Source of the DNA: Escherichia phage JEP8
Length of the DNA stretch: 64,000 nt
Strand: one strand, 5' to 3'
Sequence record: MT764208.1
Position numbers and translations under genes: made by a program
Part shown: positions 31,085 to 37,744 of the stretch, in pieces
Layout: each line of letters starts with the position of its first letter
Numbering within the stretch: position 1 is the first letter of the stretch
The notes under the pieces: generated by a model
Told to the model about the DNA's origin: nothing
The model's input: only the letters and a program-made list of their open reading frames with translations
The model's database searches: none

Positions 31085-31414
31085 TTATAGTCTCCTGAAT
31101 GGATCATCACGTAAATCAATATCTTTTAAGAACTCATCCCATGAATGGCGGATGTTGTTCTTAATTCTCCAGATAAGAGCAGGGATTGAACGCTCTCCCA
31201 TCTGGAAGTATGGATCATATGATCCGTATGCCCAATATGCTACTACAATTCCACAATCAGCGCAATAGTATTCTATTTCACTTGCTGGCGACCAAAGTCC
31301 ATCAATATGATCGGTGATCTTGCTTTCGATGTTATGGCTATGACAATCAGGGCAACGGATGCAATGACCTTGTTTATCGTAATTTGACGTTAGCGAATAC
31401 TTAAACAATCTCAT
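31085..31414 (-). CDS. zinc-ribbon protein (two CxxC pairs)
   Basis: 109 aa; …CIRCPDCHSH…CADCG…; translationally coupled (TAATG) to the upstream methyltransferase-like gene. Confidence 0.45.
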   Translation of the reverse strand: MRLFKYSLTSNYDKQGHCIRCPDCHSHNIESKITDHIDGLWSPASEIEYYCADCGIVVAYWAYGSYDPYFQMGERSIPALIWRIKNNIRHSWDEFLKDIDLRDDPFRRL

Positions 31415-32130
31415 TATAGATCCTTATTTGCTTCAAATACTGCCTTTGCGAATCCTCGCGGGGTAAGTGACCTTATAGTCTTTGTTCTGGTTCCTTTCCC
31501 GCCTAGCTTAGAATGCTGTTTACTGTACCCTTTATTAATCTGCAACGGTTTCTTTTCTGGCATTATAAAGCCTTGTCCGGTCCATAAGCAAGTCTTTTTC
31601 GGGTACATATCACGGGCGGCAATATACTCAGGAAACGTAGGATGCTTATCATCTTCCGGCAAATAACCGCCATATTCCCACGGATGGAACATGTAATCAG
31701 GCTTACGCCACATGCTAGAGATAACGCTTACAGGATTCTCTATCATGTAGGGAACTCCGAGCCATTCACCCAAATAAGCGGTTATTTTAGCTGCCCGTAC
31801 ATCATGAACTTGAATCAATGGTCCTTGTTCTCGTTTCTTTCGTTCAAAGTGCGCAGCGCCACTAACAGCTAAATTGGTGCACGGTGGGAATGCAAAGATA
31901 ATATCCGGTTTCCCCCATTCAAGGTCCATTGCTCTTTCCAGCCAGTTCAAATCAATCCAGGTGTTTACATAGGTAATGTTTGGATGTTCAAATCTGGTAT
32001 TATACTTTTTGTATGTACCGTGGTCGGCGTCATCCGCATTAAAGCAGACTACCTTATGACCTGCTTTAGCCCATTCTAGCCCCATTATCCCCGATCCGTC
32101 AAAGTTGCAGAATATTAATTTTTGTTTCAT
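31414..32130 (-). CDS. C5-cytosine methyltransferase-like protein, truncated (catalytic motifs I, IV, VI only)
   Basis: 238 aa; motif I FCNFDGSGIMG, motif IV PDIIFAFPPCTNLAVSG (PC Cys), motif VI YMIENPVSV (ENV-like); colinear with the M.HhaI N-terminal half; no target-recognition domain or motifs IX/X visible. Confidence 0.6.
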   Translation of the reverse strand: MKQKLIFCNFDGSGIMGLEWAKAGHKVVCFNADDADHGTYKKYNTRFEHPNITYVNTWIDLNWLERAMDLEWGKPDIIFAFPPCTNLAVSGAAHFERKKREQGPLIQVHDVRAAKITAYLGEWLGVPYMIENPVSVISSMWRKPDYMFHPWEYGGYLPEDDKHPTFPEYIAARDMYPKKTCLWTGQGFIMPEKKPLQINKGYSKQHSKLGGKGTRTKTIRSLTPRGFAKAVFEANKDL

Positions 32131-32372
32131 ATACGACCCTTTAACCCAGCACAGATTTTAGTCGGTTCTTTACCGTGCCACATTAAGTAAAGTCCGTTAA
32201 TGCGACCTTGTTTTGTGTGTGATTCTTTTCTGATCTTCTTATAGTGTCGTGCTTCCTCAACCGATTGTTTAGAATACCAATCATAAAGGAAGAGGCACAA
32301 AGGCCAACCATTAGCGGCCTTAATGCAGTTATTAAGAAATTCCTTATTGCGTTTAATTAATTTTCTTTTCAC
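32127..32372 (-). CDS. hypothetical protein (81 aa)
   Basis: basic small ORF overlapping neighbours by 4 nt on both sides (operon member). Confidence 0.35.
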   Translation of the reverse strand: MKRKLIKRNKEFLNNCIKAANGWPLCLFLYDWYSKQSVEEARHYKKIRKESHTKQGRINGLYLMWHGKEPTKICAGLKGRI

Positions 32373-32620
32373 GCTGCCCCCATTGGTTTGATAGTAACAG
32401 AATCTAAAAGACCTTTGTTAGCCAGTTCGCGGCAAGTTTTCAGATCCGCAACTTCCCAGCCAGCCGCAATCAGGTTATCAATCAGGCTGTTAGCAACTTC
32501 TTCGCTCATGAAAGAGCACTGTTTGCCGATGGTGTAGCGTACACGCTGTAATTTCAGTTTACGGAAGCCTTTAACGTTCAGGTCTTTAGCGATTTTCTTT
32601 GCGGTTTCGATGTTAGCCAT
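32369..32620 (-). CDS. hypothetical protein (83 aa), first gene of cassette
   Basis: ORF directly downstream of a PeSL-type promoter. Confidence 0.4.
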   Translation of the reverse strand: MANIETAKKIAKDLNVKGFRKLKLQRVRYTIGKQCSFMSEEVANSLIDNLIAAGWEVADLKTCRELANKGLLDSVTIKPMGAA

Positions 32621-32660
32621 TGTTTGATTCTCCTAAGTGGTATCTCGTCTTGATGGTTGT

Positions 32661-32689
32661 ATTGTAGGGGAGTTATCCTCCCCTGTCAA
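32661..32689 (-). promoter_or_regulatory. PeSL-type early promoter (TTGACA-GGGGAGgataaCTCCCC-TACAAT)
   Basis: minus-strand; palindromic 17-nt spacer; approximate. Confidence 0.55.
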
Positions 32690-32703
32690 CACTTTTTATA
32701 AAA

Positions 32704-32871
32704 TTATTTGTTAATTTCTGGTGCGTTGCTAGGATAGTAACCTTCTTTAACTCCGAGGTATTTCGCAACCATCCCTACAATCTTCTGTGCTACTACAATG
32801 TCAAATTTCAGATAATCTTCGCCGTGGGTTTCAATGATATATGCTTCACATGCTGCTTTAGTCTCGAACAT
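32704..32871 (-). CDS. hypothetical protein (55 aa), paralog of 35962-36129
   Basis: MFETKAACEAYIIETHGEDYLKFDIVVAQKIVGMVAKYLGVKEGYYPSNAPEINK; about 85-90% identical at DNA and protein level to the copy at 35962-36129. Confidence 0.45.
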   Translation of the reverse strand: MFETKAACEAYIIETHGEDYLKFDIVVAQKIVGMVAKYLGVKEGYYPSNAPEINK

Positions 32872-32904
32872 TTTGATTCTCCTATTTCGTTTCGGTATGT
32901 GTGT

Positions 32905-32933
32905 ATTATAGGGGATCTCCCGATCCCCGTCAA
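32905..32933 (-). promoter_or_regulatory. PeSL-type early promoter (TTGACG-GGGATCgggaGATCCCC-TATAAT)
   Basis: minus-strand; approximate. Confidence 0.55.
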
Positions 32934-32947
32934 CAACTTTTTTAAAA

Positions 32948-33229
32948 TTATTCGTGATTAGTTTCGATGTTGTGCATTTTGCACCAATTCAGCCAATCAC
33001 CCAGATCCTGATAGTTAATGCTTTTATCTGCTGCCATCGTTTTTGTCTTGATACCCATATGTGCGTTATGAGTAAGCATTTTTACAGTGAACTCAATTTT
33101 ATCGCCTTTAGCTTTAACATCAACCAGTTTGGTCCACTGGCTACCAGCGCCGCGAATGTTCATACCAACGATGTTTCCGATGTATGCTTCTTTGTTTTTC
33201 AGGATTTCGGTTGCTTTGATGAATTTCAT
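32948..33229 (-). CDS. hypothetical protein (93 aa)
   Basis: ORF behind PeSL promoter; no motif recognised. Confidence 0.4.
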   Translation of the reverse strand: MKFIKATEILKNKEAYIGNIVGMNIRGAGSQWTKLVDVKAKGDKIEFTVKMLTHNAHMGIKTKTMAADKSINYQDLGDWLNWCKMHNIETNHE

Positions 33230-33262
33230 TTTTGATTCTCCAGTTCGTTTCGGTATGGGTGT

Positions 33263-33291
33263 ATTATGCTATGTTCTTACTTTGGTGTCAA
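33263..33291 (-). promoter_or_regulatory. PeSL-type early promoter (TTGACA-N17-CATAAT)
   Basis: minus-strand; approximate. Confidence 0.5.
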
Positions 33292-33299
33292 CAACTTTT

Positions 33300-33569
33300 T
33301 TAGATATTTTCAGAAATAAATTTTAAAACTTGACGTAAATGTTTCTCATCTTTGATAGTCGCCGGAAGTTCTTCTTTTACTTCCTGTGCAAGATAGATAT
33401 TTCCGTTCCAAGTGAAAGATCCGTCTTCGTTTACGCGATAGCTGAACATCCACTCGCAATCATTTTCGATTTCATATACACACAGAAGAGTGTAATCTTC
33501 AAAGCTATTGAGTTCAAGGTCGAAGCCGTGACGTTTTGCAAAGTTGGTAGTGGTTTTAGTCAGTGCCAT
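33300..33569 (-). CDS. hypothetical protein (89 aa)
   Basis: ORF behind PeSL promoter. Confidence 0.4.
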   Translation of the reverse strand: MALTKTTTNFAKRHGFDLELNSFEDYTLLCVYEIENDCEWMFSYRVNEDGSFTWNGNIYLAQEVKEELPATIKDEKHLRQVLKFISENI

Positions 33570-33609
33570 TGTTTGATTCTCCTAAGTGGTATCTCGTTTC
33601 GATGTGTGT

Positions 33610-33639
33610 ATTATGCTATAGGCGTGATCTGGTGTCAAT
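33610..33639 (-). promoter_or_regulatory. PeSL-type early promoter (TTGACA-N18-CATAAT)
   Basis: minus-strand; approximate. Confidence 0.5.
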
Positions 33640-33663
33640 GCCTTTTTTAAAATTTTATGCAAT

Positions 33664-33688
33664 AAAAAAGCCGACACTAAGGTCGGCT
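33664..33688 (-). terminator. rho-independent terminator (minus strand)
   Basis: AGCCGAC-actaa-GGTCGGCT hairpin with plus-side A-run. Confidence 0.5.
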
Positions 33689-33695
33689 AATAAAA

Positions 33696-34004
33696 TCATT
33701 TAGACAAATAATCATTCTGTGCAATCCGGTCGGCGTATGCTGGTGTTATGTCAATCGCCAGCACTTTAACGCGTGCTTTCTTGCGACCTGGGTTTTCTCG
33801 TAACCAGTGCTCATGGCCGTGAACATTTTTATACTGCGATGCTTCTTCGAAGGTACGGATCGGACCTGGGTAATCAGCGTAAAGGATCTCTAGATCTTCG
33901 GTGATGTAAAAATATACATCGTAATTGCTGTTCTCTAGCTTAAGCAGAGACTTTCGGAACATTGGGAGATTTTCGCGGGTAAATTCAAAGATATTATCTT
34001 TCAT
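33696..34004 (-). CDS. HxHW-motif small protein, paralog family member a
   Basis: 102 aa; …YDVYFYITEDLEILYADY…NVHGHEHWLRENPGRKKARVKVLAIDITPAYAD…. Confidence 0.5.
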   Translation of the reverse strand: MKDNIFEFTRENLPMFRKSLLKLENSNYDVYFYITEDLEILYADYPGPIRTFEEASQYKNVHGHEHWLRENPGRKKARVKVLAIDITPAYADRIAQNDYLSK

Positions 34005-34027
34005 AGTATTATCCTCAATAGTTGGAT

Positions 34028-34048
34028 GAAAAGGGGCTTAACGCCCCG
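34028..34048 (-). terminator. rho-independent terminator (minus strand), repeat of the 29987 hairpin
   Basis: GGGGC-ttaac-GCCCC with A-run. Confidence 0.5.
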
Positions 34049-34052
34049 TATA

Positions 34053-34340
34053 TTAAAACAGTCCTTCCTGTACACCGTAGTAGAGTTCATCGCTGATAAT
34101 TTCATTAATGCGACGGTGTGCATATTCCTGATTTGCGAAGTTGTCAGCAAGTTCTACTTTAGTTTCGCCGTCATGAGTCCATTTAGTGATAACTTTACCA
34201 TCGGCAAATTTGAAGTTGAACTCTTTAGCTACCGCATCGCGTACCAGACGTGCGAACTTGTTGTTACGGATTGCATTATCGGTTTCGTGTGCAGCGTGAG
34301 CAAATTTGTTAACTTTCAGAGTGATGGTGATGTATGCCAT
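34053..34340 (-). CDS. hypothetical protein (95 aa), paralog of 37346-37657
   Basis: shares …ARLVRDAVAKEFNFKF… with …TLIREVRKALAKEFNTKI… in the 37346-37657 protein. Confidence 0.45.
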   Translation of the reverse strand: MAYITITLKVNKFAHAAHETDNAIRNNKFARLVRDAVAKEFNFKFADGKVITKWTHDGETKVELADNFANQEYAHRRINEIISDELYYGVQEGLF

Positions 34341-34386
34341 AATTTGATTCTCCTAGTTAGAAAGTGTATCTCGTTTCGATGGGTGT

Positions 34387-34415
34387 ATTATGCTATACAC
34401 CCGATCTTATGTCAA
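34387..34415 (-). promoter_or_regulatory. PeSL-type early promoter (TTGACA-N17-CATAAT; -10 inside hairpin GGGTGTAT…ATACACCC)
   Basis: minus-strand; approximate. Confidence 0.55.
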
Positions 34416-34421
34416 CACTTT

Positions 34422-34715
34422 TTATAAAATAATTTTTTGATATTTTTCTATGATGTTTGTGTAGGTCACATCAACCGCGAGCACCGTTGCTTCGAATCCA
34501 CCGTTTAGCCAATGGCTATGATCGTGATCGTTAAAGAAACCGAGGCCAGTGCGAAGACCTTCTTTATATTCGGCGCGTACATTCAGTTTGTCGTCGATAA
34601 ACAGATAAAACCATGAATTTTTACTAGGATTGATGATACAACCTTTCAGATTAGGGAGAATATCACGACTAAGAATAAACTTATCACCTACTTTGAACAT
34701 AATATTAGTCCTCAC
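34422..34715 (-). CDS. HxHW-motif small protein, paralog b
   Basis: 97 aa; …WFYLFIDDKLNVRAEY…NDHDHSHWLNGGFEATVLAVDVTYTN…. Confidence 0.5.
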   Translation of the reverse strand: MRTNIMFKVGDKFILSRDILPNLKGCIINPSKNSWFYLFIDDKLNVRAEYKEGLRTGLGFFNDHDHSHWLNGGFEATVLAVDVTYTNIIEKYQKIIL

Positions 34716-35025
34716 TTATAAGGTCAAACCAATTGTTTTTCGCATAATGCTTAATGCGTGCTTGATCTGCTTCCGCTGGTGATAGATTCCATGCAACCAC
34801 TACAACTTCTGACGCATCGTCATCCGTTTTTGATACCCAATGATTGTGATTCATACAGTTATTTGCTATCGAGTGAGCAAATGATTTCATCACTGGAGAC
34901 GTATAATCATAGTAACGGATTTTCAGATTTTCATCAACATACAAGTAGATCGTATACGGCTTATATTCAGTAACCAATAACAGACAGTTACGCAATTCTG
35001 GGAAAATCTTTTTAGTTAATTTCAT
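34705..35025 (-). CDS. HxHW-motif small protein, paralog c
   Basis: 106 aa; …YTIYLYVDENLKIRYYDY…NHNHWVSKTDDDASEVVVVAWNLSPAEAD…. Confidence 0.5.
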   Translation of the reverse strand: MKLTKKIFPELRNCLLLVTEYKPYTIYLYVDENLKIRYYDYTSPVMKSFAHSIANNCMNHNHWVSKTDDDASEVVVVAWNLSPAEADQARIKHYAKNNWFDLISED

Positions 35026-35227
35026 ATTCTAGTTCTCCGTAATACACAGTAATCCATTTTTCTTCATACTTTGTATCTTTCCAACACACAATCCCGTTTA
35101 CTGTGCAATCTTTGGAATTGACGAATGATTCATATTGTTCTGCATCTTCCATCATTGCATGAGCGGTCTTTTCATCGAATATATCGCAGATCGCTTTATA
35201 TGCTCGATAATCTTTAAATTTGCTCAT
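35012..35227 (-). CDS. hypothetical protein (MSKFKDY…), tandem paralog 1
   Basis: start placed at ATG of MSKFKDYRAYK…; adjacent gene starts MSKFKEYKAYQ…. Confidence 0.4.
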   Translation of the reverse strand: MSKFKDYRAYKAICDIFDEKTAHAMMEDAEQYESFVNSKDCTVNGIVCWKDTKYEEKWITVYYGELEYEIN

Positions 35228-35229
35228 AA

Positions 35230-35439
35230 TTAACACCACTCAAGAGTTTTTGAAAACACATCTATCCATTGTTGAGTATATGCGGTTTCTTTCCATGACA
35301 CAATACCAGTCGAATAATGGTTTTTGTTTCCAGAAAAGGACGGGCATTTTGATGCATCTTCCATCATCTTTTCGGCGAACTCTGGTGCGTATACTCGCAA
35401 AATCTGTTGATATGCTTTGTATTCTTTAAATTTGCTCAT
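35230..35439 (-). CDS. hypothetical protein (MSKFKEY…), tandem paralog 2
   Basis: start placed at MSKFKEYKAYQQ…; shares N-terminus and …MMEDA…GIV.WK.T.Y… with the neighbouring gene. Confidence 0.4.
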   Translation of the reverse strand: MSKFKEYKAYQQILRVYAPEFAEKMMEDASKCPSFSGNKNHYSTGIVSWKETAYTQQWIDVFSKTLEWC

Positions 35440-35704
35440 AATCATTCACTACCTTATCAGCTTCTTTTGTTGTTTTTACATCAACTGCGATAACTCGTAA
35501 AGGTTCGTCATGGTTCCACCAGTGGTCATGAATATCGGCTTGTGATTTATCACCAAAGGAATCACGAATATCATTTTTACATTTATAGCTAATGTGACCG
35601 TCATAGTCAACATAAAGGTAATTATCGAAAATCGGCGTTTTTAAGATCATACCGAAAAATCTTTCTTTGTGTGTCTTATCCAGCGTTGCAGTAATTCGCA
35701 TCAT
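35426..35704 (-). CDS. HxHW-motif small protein, paralog d
   Basis: 92 aa; …FDNYLYVDYDGHISYKC…DIHDHWWNHDEPLRVIAVDVKTTKEAD…. Confidence 0.5.
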   Translation of the reverse strand: MMRITATLDKTHKERFFGMILKTPIFDNYLYVDYDGHISYKCKNDIRDSFGDKSQADIHDHWWNHDEPLRVIAVDVKTTKEADKVVNDYEQI

Positions 35705-35716
35705 AATATATTCCTC

Positions 35717-35896
35717 TTAGAAAGGGATGGTCATTTCTTGAGCTTGTATGTTCTCGTTAGGATTAAACTTCATCCAACCGATATTGTCTACCAGCATATT
35801 TACATTTTTATCATATCCTACGTGAGTAGTCAACACTAAATGTGCTTTACCTTCAACGATGATTTCCATGTACTTCTGAACTTCGATAGCTTTCAT
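35717..35896 (-). CDS. hypothetical protein (59 aa)
   Basis: ORF MKAIEVQKYMEIIVEGKAHL… behind PeSL promoter; not in ORF track; approximate. Confidence 0.3.
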   Translation of the reverse strand: MKAIEVQKYMEIIVEGKAHLVLTTHVGYDKNVNMLVDNIGWMKFNPNENIQAQEMTIPF

Positions 35897-35929
35897 TTTT
35901 GATTCTCCGTTTGTTGTCTTGATGGGAGT

Positions 35930-35958
35930 ATCTTACTACTCCCTTTAATCATTGTCAA
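35930..35958 (-). promoter_or_regulatory. PeSL-type early promoter (TTGACA-N17-TAAGAT within GGGAGTA…TACTCCC hairpin)
   Basis: minus-strand; approximate. Confidence 0.45.
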
Positions 35959-35961
35959 CTA

Positions 35962-36129
35962 TTATTTGTTAATTTCTGGTGCGTTGCTTGGATAGTAACC
36001 TTCTTTAACACCCAGATATTTTGCAACCATTCCGGTGATCTTCTGTGCTACTACGATATCGAATTTCAGGTAGTCTTCACCGTGGTTTGCTACAATGTAT
36101 GCTTCGCATTCTGCTTTAGTCGGGAACAT
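35962..36129 (-). CDS. hypothetical protein (55 aa), paralog of 32704-32871
   Basis: start placed at MFPTKAECEAYIVANHGEDYLKFDIVVAQKITGMVAKYLGVKEGYYPSNAPEINK. Confidence 0.45.
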   Translation of the reverse strand: MFPTKAECEAYIVANHGEDYLKFDIVVAQKITGMVAKYLGVKEGYYPSNAPEINK

Positions 36130-36163
36130 TTTTGATTCTCCTATATCTCGTTGGTATGTGTGC

Positions 36164-36192
36164 ATTATAGGGGATCACCGATCCCCTGTCAA
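36164..36192 (-). promoter_or_regulatory. PeSL-type early promoter (TTGACA-GGGGATCaccGATCCCC-TATAAT)
   Basis: minus-strand; approximate. Confidence 0.6.
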
Positions 36193-36197
36193 CAACT

Positions 36198-36491
36198 TTA
36201 TAATGCTTTATATGCGTATTTCATAAATTTGTCTGCCACTTCATTGGCATGTTCAGCTTCTACGCCTGATTCGAGAACAATAGCTAGGTCGGTTTCGTCA
36301 TTCCCGCCGTACCAATGATTTGATGTTCGATTTTTTTCAATTGGAAATTGGTCACTTTTATCTGTGCGACAAAATACATCTAAATGCTCGTCGATGTAAA
36401 AGATCCAATCTTCATAAAGAATAACGGTATTAGCCAGATTTTTATTGCCTTCAACGAAAGGTTCGGCTACAAACAAATTAGTATGTTCCAT
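36198..36491 (-). CDS. HxHW-motif small protein, paralog e
   Basis: start placed at MEHTNLFVAEP… (RBS GAGGAAA); …VILYEDWIFYIDEHLDVF…SNHWYGGNDETDLAIVLESGVEAEHAN…. Confidence 0.5.
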   Translation of the reverse strand: MEHTNLFVAEPFVEGNKNLANTVILYEDWIFYIDEHLDVFCRTDKSDQFPIEKNRTSNHWYGGNDETDLAIVLESGVEAEHANEVADKFMKYAYKAL

Positions 36492-36507
36492 AGTAATTTC
36501 CTCAAAA

Positions 36508-36699
36508 TTATACAGCTTCGTAAACTTCCCAATGTCCAACACCAGCACGCTTAACGAAAAGGTTTTCTTTGATGTTATTCATAAACGTCTGGATGGATTT
36601 AATGCGGTTTGAAGGTTTCCATTCTTCGTTGGCATTGCGTCGATACATCATAACATTACCAGTTCGCTTATATTCAGCAACCATTTTAAGACCACACAT
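36508..36699 (-). CDS. hypothetical protein (63 aa)
   Basis: ORF MCGLKMVAEYKRTGNVMMY…; no motif recognised. Confidence 0.35.
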   Translation of the reverse strand: MCGLKMVAEYKRTGNVMMYRRNANEEWKPSNRIKSIQTFMNNIKENLFVKRAGVGHWEVYEAV

Positions 36700-36756
36700 A
36701 ATATTATCCTCAATTTGTGGGAGAGTATTACCCCTCCCAATGATTGTTATGTTATA

Positions 36757-37077
36757 TCACACAAAATGGCGTGTCAATGCTTCTTTTGCGGTTCCGCTAA
36801 GACTTTCGATCTCGCCTGGCATAACATCAACCGCCAGAACTTCTACAACATCCTCGGACCCTAACCAGTGAGTATGACCTTTGTAGAACTTGATAACCAG
36901 ACTACCTTCCTCGTCCCATTTAACGCTATCGCTAGCCCACCACACATCACCGTCGATAAAGTTGATGTAAAGCACACTACGCCACATTGAATTAATTACT
37001 TTCAATACTGCGCCTTTCATCTCTTCCACGGTATGGTCTTCCATTTTGAAGACCTCACCTACCTGAACTTTTGCCAT
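36757..37077 (-). CDS. HxHW-motif small protein, paralog f
   Basis: 106 aa; …VLYINFIDGDVWWASD…KGHTHWLGSEDVVEVLAVDVMPGEIES…. Confidence 0.5.
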   Translation of the reverse strand: MAKVQVGEVFKMEDHTVEEMKGAVLKVINSMWRSVLYINFIDGDVWWASDSVKWDEEGSLVIKFYKGHTHWLGSEDVVEVLAVDVMPGEIESLSGTAKEALTRHFV

Positions 37078-37094
37078 TTAGTCACCTCTCTTTA

Positions 37095-37274
37095 TTACAT
37101 AACAATCACGCCAGCCGTTGAAAGTTGATGTTTCAACTGAGCATTTTCTGCTACCGTCAAATCAATGATTTCTTGTGACGCTGCAATCATATATCCATTG
37201 GTGATATTGTTTTGCATCAGTTCAATGGTTTCTTCGTTGTAGCGGATTTTAGCGATGATTTCGTTGAAGTTCAT
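37095..37274 (-). CDS. hypothetical protein (59 aa)
   Basis: start placed at MNFNEIIAKIRYNEETIELMQNN… immediately after the conserved PeSL leader. Confidence 0.35.
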   Translation of the reverse strand: MNFNEIIAKIRYNEETIELMQNNITNGYMIAASQEIIDLTVAENAQLKHQLSTAGVIVM

Positions 37275-37308
37275 GATTGATTCTCCTAGTTCGTTTCGGT
37301 ATGTGTGT

Positions 37309-37337
37309 AGTATAGGGGATCGGTGATCCCCTGTCAA
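37309..37337 (-). promoter_or_regulatory. PeSL-type early promoter (TTGACA-GGGGATCggtGATCCCC-TATACT)
   Basis: minus-strand; approximate. Confidence 0.55.
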
Positions 37338-37345
37338 CAACTTTT

Positions 37346-37657
37346 TTAAAGTTTTTCCATGATAACGGTCATAATTACATCTTCTGCGCGAGCGGTCAGA
37401 TTATCAGCGTCAGCATGTGGGCGGTTGGTTGTTACAGAGATAACACCGTTGCGCACTGGTTTGATATTGATATCAAGATGATCCGCGAAACGTTCGCCAG
37501 TTACAGAATGAATTTTGGTGTTAAATTCTTTTGCCAGTGCCTTGCGAACTTCACGAATCAGGGTAGCGTTTTTCAGTTGGTTCTCCGCGCTCATGGTCTT
37601 CTGGGTGTTAATGGTTCCGTCGAAGTCAATCATTGGCAGCGTTACGATGTATTTCAT
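37346..37657 (-). CDS. hypothetical protein (103 aa), paralog of 34053-34340
   Basis: shared AKEFN motif region with 34053-34340. Confidence 0.45.
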   Translation of the reverse strand: MKYIVTLPMIDFDGTINTQKTMSAENQLKNATLIREVRKALAKEFNTKIHSVTGERFADHLDINIKPVRNGVISVTTNRPHADADNLTARAEDVIMTVIMEKL

Positions 37658-37702
37658 TTTTGATTCTCCGTTTAAGAAAGTGTGTTTCGTTTTGATGTGT
37701 GT

Positions 37703-37731
37703 AGTATAGGGGATACGTGATCCCCTGTCAA
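37703..37731 (-). promoter_or_regulatory. PeSL-type early promoter (TTGACA-GGGGATacgtGATCCCC-TATACT)
   Basis: minus-strand; approximate. Confidence 0.55.
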
Positions 37732-37744
37732 CAACTTTTTTGAA

